From NCBI GenBank assembly GCA_050084515.1, contig CM114271.1, positions 4,030,001 to 4,094,000 on the forward strand: 64,000 nucleotides of DNA, written 5' to 3'. The notes beneath the pieces were generated by a model, which saw only the letters and a list, made by a program, of their open reading frames with translations, was not told the DNA's origin and ran no database searches. Below are positions 12,461-26,930 of this stretch, piece by piece; the first letter of the stretch is position 1, and every line of letters starts with the position of its first letter. Source of the stretch: Blasia pusilla. Taxonomy: Eukaryota. A program made the translations under genes and the position numbers.

Positions 12461-14453
12461 AACGTAACCAGTTTCTAGTATTATGGAGAGTGACTGTTCT
12501 ATTCCTCAATTTCTCAACTGATAAACATCATGGAAGGATGGTATCAAAATTGTATTAAGGGTTCTAGAGATGGGTTAAGTCATTAATCAAAACCAAAACG
12601 ACAGTTTCTTTTCTTTCTTCTAAATTAACTTTTACAATTTTCAAACGTTATTTTAAACTGATTTCGAACGAAGTTGACAAGGGAACGATCCATAATGGCC
12701 GAGAGGAGGGACCACATAAATAATAATAGAGCTACAAAGTTTAGTTCGTCGAATAGTATAAAATGGGAAGGATAAGAGAAGTGGGGCTCGCTTCGCTTGA
12801 ATAGAGTCCGTGCATCGACGGGTTCTAGTTCAAGGCGGAAGCATTGCATTGAAACAGTGGAGGGTGCAAATGGATTTTGCTGCATCATCTCAGAACGCCG
12901 GTGGTTGCGGCAAATCCTCATGATTTGTTTGCATGCTCAGGATATATACGTGCTTTCTCCGCTGCGCAGCGCTGGAGCTGATTTGTGCCATTCCATCACA
13001 TGATTCTCTGTCCTCGATCGTCAGAGTTTCCCGTTTCCGAGTCAATCCACCTTCAATTCAAGAGCGCTCTGCGAGCCACGCTCGAGCGCTCTGGGTATGA
13101 CAGAAATCGTATCGATATGAGGAAGGACAGAGCAACTTCAAATCTTCATTAACGTCGATGTGGAATGCTTTTGGAAGGATTCGGTCGTGCCGTCCTATCC
13201 TAGTCCAAAGGAAAGGAGGAGGGGGTTGAGGATGAACACAGGACTCCACATTCTTAAGAAAGAGAATAACCCTGTATCTATTGATTTCAGAACCCTCGTC
13301 TCGGTGAAACGTATGGTCGAAAGTAGATTACACACGTACGTACTGCTATCTGCGCTGCAGTAGATCCGACATGGCAATCAATCAGCAATTGCAACTCTAA
13401 ACATCCGAGTCTCTTGCTCAGCCTGTTCAGAATACCAAGATTGACAAGAAGTTGCACCACACTCAATTCAAACGCTGATGACTCTTAAGGCCACGTTTAG
13501 GCCGGTTCCTTGAAAGATTTCACTGATAGACAAAAGCGACACTCAGAGCACTCCAACTAATCTTAGTACAAGAAAGAAGTAGTAACAACACGGACTATTG
13601 TATGCTCAAACAGAGGAGACACGAATTCGAAACAAAATTGACAGTGACGAAGATTGAGCAGCTTATTGCAACACCATAGCGCTTCACATGTAGTAGATGA
13701 GCGCTAACTCGACAAAAAGGTAAACCGAGAGACTGTAGTCATTAAGTAGTGCCCCTCGTAGCCTTGCGACCCTGGACCCACATAAACATGGAGAGAGATA
13801 GAAAGAGAGAGATGAAAGCTGCCATAAGACATCTGTATAAAAGGGTTTATTAACTTATTTATCCCCCTAAAACAACTGTTCCTAAATTTAGAGAAGAGAC
13901 TTTAGGCACTAGTATCTATTCATACTTATTCAACAACAACAGCGTTCCTTCCAACAACAACAGAGTTCCTACGCACATGTGTTGCGTTTAGGAATCTACT
14001 AAATTCTGGCCTTCCCTAGATCCCAAGACAAAGCGAAGCATAAAAAACTCACTTTGCGATGGGGACCAACCGCGGAAACCATGTCCTTTCATGCATAAGG
14101 TGCCTCGTGGTCTCCGGCGATTCGGAACCGTCCTTTTTCCTCTATCATCTCTTCATGAGTTTCCTTTCCCTCTCAAACGCGAAGAAACGGACGTTCTCAG
14201 ATTTTTGAATAATCACGCTAACATTGAGTGTCGGAAAATTACTTAAAGAATTGTGACCTATTCGAGCTCTTTTCTCAATCGTTGTTTCCCATTTTGTTCC
14301 TGTCAGTTCTGGTCAAGTTGAGATTTGAAAGAAGTAGAGATCTGACTTCAGCGCTGAGAACTCAAATTTTTGAATGCTTATGAGAAAAACGCAATCACCG
14401 TGTCCGTAAGGTCACTAAGGACTGCCATAATCTCCGCCTTCGTCCCTCATTCA

Positions 14454-15180
14454 TCATTTTCGGTCTCTTCCGAAGGTTCTCCTTCTCATCAGCGCGGTCG
14501 GTACACAGCAGCTCCGATATCCACAGCAGACTGGAGTTGATCGAGGACAGGACCCGTATCTGTACTGGTAGCGGGAGCCGACAGGAAGTTGTTGACTAGA
14601 TCGGTTGCGTATTGTCTGCCCAATTTTCGATGGTGAAACTGGGAAGGTCTTGTTGGTCGCCCACCAGCCTGGGCAAAATCCATACGAAAGCGTTGACCCT
14701 CTCGGAGTGATGTCCGACGGGAAAAAGCCGACACCGGATGGAGAAGGGGAATTACTATGCCAGGCGACGGGATACAATAGAATGTGTGATTTCAAGGTCA
14801 GGCCCAAAACGTTCTCGATCCATGGCAGGCAGTATGTTGAGAGTTTAGACGGGGAGACTCATTACCTCAACATTGCCAAGCAGTCCAGGTCTCACTCGAA
14901 GTCGGCCACATACAATTTGTGTGTTTGTTACGGGAGTGGTAAGGACGTGGCTTACATGGTCTCGTCAGAAACGACATAGCGAATTGTCAATCAAAGTGAG
15001 GAAGGAGTTGGTGGCAATCGTCACAAAGCCGGAGAAGAAGTTTATCTTAAATGCCTGCTTCTGGTGTCGTCCACAGAGGGATGAGCATTTTTGTACACAA
15101 ACCTTCTCGATCGACTCCTCCTCCATGATCTGCTCGATCGACACTGACCACCAGCACTTCCAGTTTTGGGTTCAGCACTC
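14454..15180 (-). pseudogene. LOR paralog pseudogene with an internal inversion (~14622-15061 now on + strand)
   Basis: Minus strand ...RRFVYKNAHPSVDDTR ends at ~15060; plus strand IFDGETGKV...FILNACF spans 14622-15061; minus strand GRQYATDLVNNF...QLQSAV resumes at 14620. All three pieces match the 885-1898 protein. Confidence 0.9.
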
Positions 15181-15741
15181 ACGATACTCAAGTCTCAATG
15201 CGCTCATCAACAAACAGAGAGCATGAAGAATCGAAGCACCCTCAGGCTCTCCACCGATTGCGACGCAGAGGGTGAATGAACCCACGAGGAACTTCGAATC
15301 GAAAACCATCCATTCCAAAACCAGCTCCGTCTTCGTACTACCATACACTTTTCGAAACGCACATACGGCTGACAGACGATCTCAGCGTGATATACTGCGA
15401 TCAACCTCCCTTCCAACTCTCCCCCGACTTCTCGAGATAAATCGAGCAGTAGAATCGTTAACTTGTGGGCTCAGCAACGACAGACCGCAATTTGAGCTGC
15501 GCAAGCAACAGACCACGTACAATCTACATCGATTGACAAGCATACCTCCAACAACTGCCCAAATGGATCAAGATATATTCCGAGGCTGGATCCACGGAAT
15601 GTCGCGGATAAGTATGAGCGCGTCCAGGACCAAGCGGTGTTTGACCACTCGCTACACAAGCCCATGCACATCCCCCGTAATCAATCATTCTACTTTTCTC
15701 CTTATCGACGCGTTGGGACTCGGTCTTCGCCATCAAAATGT

Positions 15742-15742
<1 letters not shown>

Positions 15743-15775
<33 letters not shown>
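15743..15775 (+). repeat. (CAG)11 microsatellite
   Basis: Pure CAG run. Confidence 0.95.
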
Positions 15776-15777
<2 letters not shown>

Positions 15778-18700
15778 CCACCCCCAAACGGTTGAAAATT
15801 GCCGCGCAACGAATTCTTCTACCTTCAGACAAACACTCGAAATTCAGAGTTCCTGGCTTCATTAAAGGAGTAAAGAGAAACGGAAGGTCCACTTGTTTCT
15901 CCTTTTTGTCAGCTGCTCCTAGACTCCTGTCCTAGACTCGTAGCCACTTTCCATTTTCTAACGAATCGTTGACGCGGTGCCGTGATAGACTAGGTTGCTA
16001 CGTTTCTTCAGATGGTTGCCAATGTTTCTCCCAAACGCTACATGGTCTCAACTTCTCAAGCACGTCGTACGAAAAAGAAAAAATAAATAAAATAAAACTT
16101 TCTTACTGTTTTAAAATCTGGTGTTTCTTGTCATTATGTTTCTCATACAAGACAACGAGAACAATATAAAAGGATGGCCCTTTCTCGAGGTATCTTTCTC
16201 GGATTTCTCCCATGGGAGAGTACTCTCCCATGAGGGAGCGATGAATGAGTGAATGAATGAAGAGGAGGGACGGCTGGAAAAAACGCATAACTCGGTAGGA
16301 GACAAAGTAGTCCAAAAACATAAAAGAATTAAAAAATAACTTTAGGTCCGAGTCACATAAAAGAATCCATGTTCCAAAGATTTTGGGAGTTGCGATTTTT
16401 TACCGGTTCCGCTTTTTCCCTTCTTATTTTTTTATCAATCAAAAATAGATATCTAAGTCATCATGATCATGGACTTTTGTGAGTTCTTTTTTCGTATTTT
16501 TCTACCTCCCAAAATATTTGTAAAGCATCAGCTAGTGTTAGCTTCAAAGAATTATAACTCATCTTTGCTTAGAGCCGAGAGAATTTCTAGTGTATATCGG
16601 GATGAGACTATAAGAACTCTAAGACTATGGGTGCACCTTTCTCTATCATCTTGCCATTGGATCCCCTAAAGTTTTTCTCCATCCTTCTCATAGTAGACTC
16701 TATGACCATAGCTTTATCTCCAAAGTTTTCATACCCTTGAATCACCCTTGGAAAAGTTAAGGTTTTTAAATTTTGATCCCAAAACTTTTTTTGGAGAATA
16801 TTTTGGAATCACGTCTCTCACAATAGATCAACGAGATCTAGTGGAGCACATTCGAGGATACTAGAGGAAACCCTCACGAGATTGAGGATGACCTACTGTG
16901 GCCACAGATAGCATGAGAGAGTTGGTTTCCCCTTGGTTTCGGTTCATTTGGAACCATATTGAGTAACTTACTATTTCGAGTAAGTTACTATTTTGAGCAT
17001 AATTGACTTAAAGTTTCTACTTTTGGAAATGGCCCTTGACCTCTTACAGTCGGTTGAGACCAAAGAGATGATCTGGGAACATAGTTTACCGTGGAGAGAC
17101 GTTGAGAACTCATTCTCTCTTCGTTGAACCTCTTTGCATAAGGCGGAGGAGTTATGCTCCTCCTTGCCTTGTGTGTGTGACCCAACCTTCTCATTAGGAG
17201 AGTGGGTTTGGTTTTAAGAGAGGGAGAGTCATTGATTGATTGATTGATTTGTGTGCATCGTGGAGAGATTATGTGAGAAGCACTTGATTTATTTGAGACA
17301 TTTTGGTATTTATCCTCTCCATGTTTGGATGCCATGAGTTAGCATAGGATCGTGTGTGCTTGTGTGTATGTTCGGTGACAGTGATGTATGTTGTGTAGCG
17401 ATGTGTATGCGCACAACATCGTCCAACTCATTGTAATCTTATGTGGTGTATTTTATGCCATATGTTTTCAAATTCTTCTTTTTTTTCCTCCCTTTGTCTT
17501 ACTTACAAAATTAACTTTCTAGGGAGATAAAAGCACTACTATTATACTAACCTCCTTTTACTCTGCAAAATTTCAGATTATGCCTATTCCCAAATAGATA
17601 TAATTGGGGCTAGCTCAGATCCATTTCATTCCATATCCGAGAAGACTCGGGGTATATGTTGAGCCAATGTTAGGGGAGAAGTGGGTTGCATGCGGATCAA
17701 TCATCGGAACAAAATTACGCAAGTTCTGATTTTTATTTGTATCTAAATAGTCGATCGGAATGAGAAAATTTTCAAAATGTACTAAAAAAATACCTAGGCC
17801 CGATTTCAGCAATGCAACTCTGTCCGAGGGTGGCTTAGCCCTGGCCATTAGACTAGACCCATGGGATAAGGCAAAAAACACCAACAACTAGGAAAATCTA
17901 TGCCCCCCCCCCCCCTTAGCATCTCCGAAACCCGGATCTACTAGGTAGGGGAGGAAGTCCATCCTTTTCTATTTGACATCCATAGGCTTTAAATAAAATC
18001 TTGCCTTCGATTGAATATAATTCATTTCCGAGTTCCCACATGGATTTGCAAACGGGGGCGACTGCGTCAATATTTGCATCATTACTCTTCCAAACATCAT
18101 TTGTGTGGTAAAGAACGTCACAACCCATCAGCATTTCAAGCACCTCTTAAAACGATATATTCTTTTATTTATTCTAAGAGAAGTTCATGCTCTCCGAGCG
18201 ACGAAAATAATGTTCCGGCACTGTCCTACGGGTTTCATACGATCTGAGTTGTGGGACAAACGTCCCCAACACTCAAAGAATAGATCCTTCTAAACGCATT
18301 AGACTAATTTTTGTTGATTTCAAACGTCGGAAACGGAAGTTAAGTTCGCCGCTTCGTTGCCTGCAGCTACTAAGTAGGGGTTATCCGTAGGCACCTCAAA
18401 TTAGTTAATTTTTGATATTTGTTAATTTGATACCAAGACTATTCCTAGTTGCATCGGGCAATGAGAGAAAATTCTTTCCATTTAATAGTATTGTGGAGCT
18501 GTAAAATAGTTTCACACTTTTTATTTGGAATTTTATCATCTATTAAGAAAAAATTAGGAAACGAAAAATGGACATGAGAAAATCTATAGGTGGAAAAAAC
18601 TTATCACGTATCTTATGGTACAAAAATGGAAAGGAAGTTGGATTTGAAAAAGGAGGAAAATCCCAAAATAATTAACTTTTTATTTGAAACCATTTTTTTA

Positions 18701-20571
18701 AAAAAAATTCGTAGGTCCTAGTAAAAGCCATAGAGGTAGTTTGTACACCAAATACATTAGTTTTGGCAGGATAATTGCTGGGACGAGAGAAAAAAATGTT
18801 TGTATAGGAGTTATACATACCATAAGAGGAATAGCCGGAACCGAAATACAAACCAGTACATACACATATAAACACATAGAATAGAATATCCCGCGCGGAG
18901 AGGAGAGAATACTAGGGAGGGAGGGAAGTTGGGGATGGAGAAAAAGTGTCCATATACAAACTTGCATATAAAAAAAAATTTGTATACCAAATATACAACC
19001 AAAGGGGAGAGAGAGGATATAGTGGTGAGGAACCATTAGGATTAGGAGTTGTTAATTTAAGTCGCATGAATGGAATTACAAATGGGATTACAAGATAGAG
19101 CAGGAATTTAAGTCACAAGAATCATGTTACATGACACCCAAAATTTTCATCCACGGTGTTAAGCAATCACACAACCCGAAATAACCTGCCCATCAAATAG
19201 CAAAACAAAGCATACATGTATGTAGGGCCCGTAAAGAACTAGTGAATATTTTGTAAAAGAAAATCATGAGATGAAAAAATAATTTGAGAAAAAAAGATAT
19301 TCCAATTAAAAACATAATTCTTACACTCATGATACCAATACATGCCAAGAATATGGAATATTCCTAATTTGTTAATGAAAATCATGATATAGATTTAATT
19401 TGATTGGTTTCCCAATCTCTATCCCCTAGTATTTCCCAGCGGGGGAATTGTAAAGAAACTTTCTTCGTCCAAATCTTGTCACATTAACCATTTCAAGTTT
19501 TCTCCTCTATCCCTACATTTCTTAATGCAAGGAGGAGGGAGCCAAAACAAATAAACATAGGTAGCACAAAAAAAGGGAGAATAGAGAAAATTTTGTGACA
19601 AACCCCTAAGAGCTATCATTATTTAAAAGGCCTTTGATTTTGCCATAGAGGATTCCCATGTAGGACCTAAGAGAGTGTGAGATACCTATGTGCTCTTGGC
19701 TACCCAACAATAAGCAACGATATGGTTGCCAAAGTTTTAAGAGAACTTTATGGCTCTATTAGGTAAGAGCTCTTCATGGGCCTTGCACATCCAAATAACG
19801 AGGCCTAGAGTTCTTAAGTATAAACTATAAAGAAGGGGCTATAAACTAAAGACGGGGCTATCATACAATTTCCTCAAATAATTAGGGTTGTTAATGTTCG
19901 AGGAGCAACCAAATAGGGAAATATCCCACTTCTGTGTCTTTGAATGGAAGAACATGATTTAAGTTTCAAGATGATATTTTTAAATAGATCATAAAGAATG
20001 AAAATACGGATTTCGGCGGGAATAATTAAGTGACAATACTTCAAAATGAACTTTGAAACTATCAAAGACTTTTCCTTCAAGATTCCATAGATCCTTTCAT
20101 CTAGAGAAAATTCTTTGGATGACTAAACACAAACAATAGGAGCACGGCATGAGGCTAGTATGAGCTTTACAATAGGAGTAGGAGCTTCAAACCCAAAGAT
20201 TACCTCTCACAAACATTAGCAAAACCTACAAATTTTCACCACTTTGCTATAACTCATCACAAAAGCCTCTTCCTTGATTTGGCTAGCTTTCTAGCTCCAA
20301 TTGTGTGAGTTGAGTGGTAACCAATGACATTTATATTAGATGTATGAAACTTATTGATGTCTTCACGTAGTCAACATTGTCATATTATCAAGTCAAGCAA
20401 AAATGAAAAAAAAATGGACATAAATGGAGGATTTTTTTGTTTTATGGAATACGGTATGGTGGCTCATTGGGCTGCGTTAAATTAAAGTTACAAAATTTAG
20501 ACCGCATGAAGTTAGAGTCCATTAATCCAAAAGGAGATATATGTATGAGAAGGAGATATATGTACAGTAAT

Positions 20572-20882
20572 TAAGGTTGCATGTGGACAAAGTTTGTGTC
20601 CGTGAACTTATGTCCATCCTATGGAAGGACTTGTCCGTTTGGGCCTTACTTTTCCTTTCCTTCTCATTCCCTTTACTTGCCATTGTGTTTCATACTCTTC
20701 CATTTCTTCCTCCCTCCACCTCCACTTCCGCCTCCCTCATTGCTCCTCTCATCCTTGCATTGCCTTCAAATATGGACTAAAAATGCGGGTCTTACCTCTT
20801 GGAACCCATGTCCGTGGACATGTCCAAACTTGTTCGTCCATGTTCGTCATAAGAAAGATTTTTCCATTTTTGTATAATCATT
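20572..20882. mobile_element. MITE-like non-autonomous element, empty-site copy of the element at 36388-44079
   Basis: Collinear with 36388-36474 joined to 43844-44079; termini resemble CAnGGTTGCA...TGCAACCATG. Confidence 0.75.
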
Positions 20883-21699
20883 TTTAAATTATCCAATAAT
20901 AATAATTTTGACAAACAATGTTTGTCAAAATTGTTAGAGGTTATCTCAAGTACACACCATTTCTAACAAGTGTCATTAGAATTTTTTTTCAAAAGTTATC
21001 TTAAAGGATCGTATATAAATTGGCAACTAGAATTACACTTAAGGTGAAAATGACTTTTGTGTCTCAATGTTCTTACTATTCTTATGGAAGAGTGTTATCT
21101 TCTTGATTTACAAACACCTTTTGTTACACATGACAATTAAATATTTGTATGTAACATCATTAATCAATTTAATAACACCTTTTGTTAACACATGACAATT
21201 AAATATTTGTATGTTGATTAATTCCCTAGTTGGGTAATACATTAACAACTCTTCAAACATTACTAGTTTCTATTATAATTACTTTTGATTATTAATGGTG
21301 GAAAGCCCATAGGATGAGCGGGAGTGAAATTCTCTTGTTCTAAGCAAAGAGATGTAACGCAGATAAGAAAGATAAAACTTGATGTAACGTAGCTACCATG
21401 GCATGTTGCATGCTTCCATCCGTACGATGTTTTTTCAAAAGCAACTACTTTGAAAACATTCTTCATTTCTGAAATTTGCCAGCAGCAGGAGATAAATATT
21501 TGAGGAAAAGACAACTTTTCTTGAACATGTTTCTCCGAAAACACTTAGTATAAAATTGCACGAGTGTTGCTTTGATTAACATACCACATCTCTTTGAACC
21601 ACCCAGGCTCCATGTGACAAGTACGTAAATAATCAAATGGAGTGTGCGTTCGTGCCATGCCTCCTACAGAGCTCTAGAAAATTTCTTACTGGACCTGTC

Positions 21700-22846
21700 T
21701 TTCTGGCAGACTTCCTAGAATTCAGATTTCCAATTTAACCTTCAAAGGTGGCACATTCCTTTATTTCACAAGTCATTGCTAATTCCACTTCTGCTTTGCG
21801 GGACTGAACGTGCGCCTTCCTTCTGTATCCAGACACACGTCGCACAGATTCGTCCGTTGCAAACATTAGCAGAAGTCGGTGACAAGTCCCTTTCTGCTTC
21901 AGTCCACCAATTGCAATATGTATATGCCTTCTTGACCTCATTTCCCGACAAGATCGCGTGTTTAGATCTTTACCCATTTTATGTACAGAATTCGATATAT
22001 GCGCTACAGTCCTCGCGCTTCGTCGAGAACATAGACTGGTAGAACTCTACAGATCGTTCTCAATACCCAGCAATTCACTCTCGGATCCGAGGCCAGTTTT
22101 TCTTGCATAATCTCCTGCCATTCATAGACGTGGAGGGCTGACGAACGACCCAATGGAGCATGCTCGATTGTTTGCATTTGTCGTCACCTGTTCTCCATTG
22201 GGAAGTTTGGTTGCGAACCCGAGGCAATCACTGTGATAAGAATTTGAGCGGATCTCGCGATGATCCGCTCAGAAATGGGATGCGACTCTTGAATTGTGAC
22301 TGAAATTTGAATCCCGCTGGTGAATCATGCAGAAAGGAAAAAGAAGTGCGTTTCATCTTCCTCTTCTTCTCTGCTTCTCGCGCGGAGGCAATCTCACTCG
22401 TCGCCGACGGGCCGGCTCATCTTCGAGATGTCGAAGCCCGTGCTCTCCAAGCTTTCATGCTCATCGTCCCTGTTCTTGAAGCTCTCATGCGACTCATTGG
22501 CAACTTTATGCGGATCGCGCTGCTCATGCCCATAGGACCTGTCTAAAACATCGGCATCAGTCACACTGCTGATCTCCGCTTCCTCCGGAGCTGAGGGAGA
22601 GGGTTGTTGCGGTGAGCGCGCCTCCTCCTCGGAAGCAACGGCCCCAACTTGCGCAGCCGTCGTGGAAAACAAACACGTCCGAATCTCTGCGGCCTGCGCC
22701 AGCAACAAGCTCCTTCTTCGCCGGCTCAGGGAATCCGACTTCCAAAGAAAGGACCCTGAAGATCCAGGTTGCGGAGGCGACACATATCGTGAAACCCTCT
22801 CCGCAAGACCGACTCGCAACAAGTTCTTCGCCTGAACGAGTGCCAT
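21700..22846 (-). pseudogene. Organelle-targeted protein gene relic, possibly P-class PPR
   Basis: 150-aa ORF with an Arg/Ser/Leu-rich presequence (CLFSTTAA) and an acidic tract; downstream frames are broken but include GKDLNTRSCREMRSRRHIHIAI, reminiscent of PPR N-terminal helices. Family call is tentative. Confidence 0.4.
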
Positions 22847-23009
22847 CGACTACAACCGCTTCCGAGCCCCACGAACGGAAGATCTAGCGCCTCCGTATCC
22901 AAATCGATCCGTGACTGCGCTCCACAACGTTGGGGATTCCTCGATACGACTGACTGCGAGCTGGAATTTCCGCGGCTATGACGGTAGAATTGGACTCCAG
23001 AGAGAAGGC

Positions 23010-23036
<27 letters not shown>
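23010..23036 (+). repeat. (GA)n microsatellite
   Basis: GA run upstream of the 22846 ORF. Confidence 0.9.
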
Positions 23037-23040
<4 letters not shown>

Positions 23041-26039
23041 TGCGCGTGAGTAGAGACGAGTTCCGAGTGTTATATGAGTTTCGTCTGGAGAGGTACTGCG
23101 TCTCGTTGATGCGATTTCAGGGGGGGGAGGAGTGGGGGCGTGGCAGGCATGGCTTGCGGCTCGTCGTGATCTCGACGCGTGGACGCCACGTGCTTGCTCC
23201 CTAGAGTCACTTCTCAATCGCGAATGGCGACGTGAACATCTGTGTACATTGCATTGTATTGTAGCTATGAAGTTTGAATTGCCCTTTTAGTTGGCTTGGC
23301 TTGGTTTGTTACAGTTAGCGCCGCTTGGGAGGGACGGACGGAGTTTGGACGGAGTTTGGATGGTTGATCGGGCAGGGGTTTTAAGGGGGAGGAAATCACA
23401 TAAAGCTTTTCTCGCTAGTAATTTTTGCCCGCGCGATTAAGCGGGTGATTAGTGGTGAGATGATTAGGGAATGAAAAAATTCAGAGCAGGTATAATAAAG
23501 TTTTTTTAATTTAATTTTTTTCATATAGTTAACTTGGTTCAAAATAATTTTTCATATATTTTCCTTTATTAATTTTGGAAAAGTAATTTATTCTTTTCCA
23601 ATCCCCGTATTTCAATAAATAAAAGAAAATCACTTATTTTGATGAATTCTTTCCCCAAAAGAGGGATTAAATTCCCCCCCCCACAAACCTAACTTGAAAG
23701 TTAAAAGCAATATAGAAATAAGATGTCTTCCTTTATTTTGAAGAAAATTTCTTGTCTCGTTAGTGTCCTATTATCCTTTCATTTTTCCCAAAAGAAAATT
23801 TAATTTTCCCTCAAACTCAACTTTAAATTTAGTTTGCATGAAGCTTGAAAAAATAATTTTAAATTTTCAAATAAGGAAAGACTCTAGAAGATTTCATCGG
23901 GGAAGAGTTTGAATTTGAATTAATTATAAATTTATATTAGTATGGGAGAGTGCCTTCTTGATTTGCAAACAACCTCTCTGTTTGACATGTCGCAACTAGG
24001 CAGCAAGAAAACAGTTCACATGCTTCGGGCAACAAGAAATAGATTGAATTTATGTACAACATGATTGATCTCTTCCTTTCACGGGCTATACATTAACTCT
24101 TCATACAATTTTTTATTTCCTGTGCATCGCATGAGCACCTTACTAGTAATTAATTATTATGAAAACCTTACCCATTATTCTTTTCTGCTTAGTATAGCGT
24201 AAAATTAAAAAATATTCATGAATTCATGCAAAAATTTGATTGGGGTTCTCAAAGTTTCTAAATTAGTAAAAAATTCACTCATTTTGATCCAAAGTTTGTC
24301 TCAAAATATTCTTTAAAAACCCTCACAATTAAAGTTTGAAAAGGAGATTAAATGACATATTTCTAAAGTAATATGTAATTTCCCTTCCAAAACTAGCTTG
24401 AAATTAAAAGTTTTAGTCTTTTTATAGTCTCCTTTCTATTCAAATCTTAGCTTAGTATAGAGAAAATTAAACAATAATTGAAGATCTGACAGCTTCACAC
24501 GTGGCGTTCACGGCCACGTGTGAGCTTCTTAGCCAAGGCTAACGCCTTTAATAATATGATTTATGGAATGCTAATTTTTCTTAGGGTGTATTAGGTTAGA
24601 GGGATCATCTCTTCTTTCAACTTAGTGATTCCCTCCTCTATTCCTTTCCATAAGTTTTGTCCATGCATTTAACTTCCCTCTCTCTTTCCATCCATGTCAT
24701 TTCTCTTTGCTTAATTTTCTACTCTTTTGAAGGAATTAAGTAAGAGCACACCATTGCTATGCATTGGCATAATTTGTGCCTTCAATATTTTTCCACCTTA
24801 CAACGTCTTAAATCCATCCAAATATTCTTAGAGCAACTTATTGTCACATCGTATTAAGATTGTTGTGATTGATTTTTAAACTTCACACATACTCACGCAC
24901 TCTCTCTTTCTCTCTCTCTAAAAAAACATTGGTAAAATTTGAAATTTGAGAATTTTAAATTTACATTTTTGTGTCTAGAGAGTTACTTTGTTTTGGTTCT
25001 TGTTAATATGCTATGAGCGTCTAGAGAGCAAGATCAAGTCAAGAGATTCATATGGGAGGGAATGTATGTGCATAGAGTTTAGGTGGTGTTTCATCCTTCA
25101 TAGCAAGCAAGAGTTGTAAGAGGCTTAGAAGGAGTTGGGTCATTTTGGAGTGGAGACAACTTGTAGATGGCTTCAAATTCAGATCTCATGGCGTAGTTTG
25201 CAAATTGACCTTCAAAAATTTCTAGATATATCCATAGTTTGAAATAGAATACAAATATCATTCAATATTCCAAAATCACACCTGCATCTTTCATTGATAA
25301 TGGGATTGGATAATTGTTCGATTTTGGACTCTACAAGGCCTTTACCATTGTTGGTAAAGGCCTAGTATCAAAGTTGATATATGTTAAGCGTGATGGAGCA
25401 CTTCTTTAAGTTATGAGGGTATGTTTCTCCAACACTTAATATCAAGAACATTTCTCCTATATGTTATAGTATCAAATGTAAAGTTTTAACAATTTTAGTT
25501 AGGAAAGATCTTCGCTGCACATGCCATGTGCCATCGATTTTTCATGTCTCGACACAACTCATGACATATTTATTCAAGTTTGCATTTGGTCATTAACTTG
25601 ACAGAAATGGATGAGTTTCTATCCTAAATGAAAATATTCATTTTTAATACAACTCATGTTCATGTTCGTTTTTTTTCAAAAATCTTTGTTTTCCTTGTAA
25701 CAAAATATTAAATTCTCTAAAAGATCTCCTTTAATTTCCTTTTGATAAGTATGATTATATTACAGCGGCCTTTCCAAATTTAGTGAGCACATTTCCTTCC
25801 GCTATATTATCGAAGAAATCTTAGACGCCCCGACTGACAACTGAAATATAACTTGGTGATTTATCTTCTCATTTACTTTTATCGAAAAAAGCTTCACTTC
25901 TGTTACAAGAATCTATACCAGTTGAGAAAACATCACGTTGCAAAATCAACGCTGCGGGTTTCACAATTACGCGGCCGCCTCACAAATTGGTGATTTCAGT
26001 GGGTGTAAGTGTCTTTTCAATATGAAATAGTACGTGCAC

Positions 26040-26930
26040 AATCCATTTGGCCAGAGAGTTCTGAGGTACTGAAGAAATCCACAAGGATGCAACTACCTCA
26101 CGAATCGTAGCTTTAGATGGGCGAACATATGTCTACTGGATAATGAAACAGTGTCTGCACAAGCCAGTTGGCTATAGTCGTAACATTTCCCACACTGTCA
26201 GCTGATCATAGTAGTGTGGAAAATTTCAAAGTACTTCGAGATTCGACCTCTGTCTTGGAACTGAAACAGGTTGTTGACTCCATCGGACCTCTGTACAATT
26301 ACTTGCTTTGGAGAAGTCGGGTGATGGTGGTCCCTCTCTCTCAGCCCTGTAGACACTGGCAGTTTAGAAGTTCATGCAGGACGGGGTATGTGAAACTCCC
26401 AAGCATCTATAGGATGTACTGCCTTCAGACAGTGGCTTTTATACGACAATGATCCTACTAAGCCTCACAATTAGGTTGGTGAAGCATGAATTGTATCTGA
26501 AAGCTGGGAGTAAGAAAGCGAGAACAATCTGATTTCGAGAAGAACCATGTGGAGTGTTCGAGAGACGAACACTCACTTGAGCATTGCAATTTGAGTTTGC
26601 TTAAATGATGATCCCTGCATCTGACACTTTCAAGGGATTCTTGAGGGAGGGGTAACTTGGATAGCTTTGATATACAGCTGAAGGTGAGCAGGTGAGCAGG
26701 GGTGCAGCCAGGTGCACTCTGTATGAGAGGTTTGACCGATCTAGGGAGTGACATTGATCGATTTCCTAGTTGGTAGTCACATCAATAGACCGCAACTAAA
26801 TGCTGTATGTAGCTATGAGACCTACATAAGGTACGGGGTGCTATGCAACCAGACGTTCCTGAGTTCATCGTTCACGGTGGCCATTTCCTTCATCACCCTG
26901 GCCGAACGTGATCGGAGACTGGTCCAAGCA
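26040..26930 (-). pseudogene. Degraded LRR region of an NLR-like gene
   Basis: Fragments NDELRNVWLHSTPYL, IQHLVAVY*CDYQL, SCISKLSKLP, LSKLKLQCSSECSSLEH, LHELLNCQCL and FLQYLRTL, separated by stops and frameshifts. Confidence 0.45.

Noticed and set aside
12797-13003. Possible TIR-domain fragment
   Set aside because: Only a vague resemblance in one short ORF.
16000-21500. AT-rich tract with transposon-like fragments
   Set aside because: Apart from the MITE, no termini, TSDs or coding motifs could be fixed.
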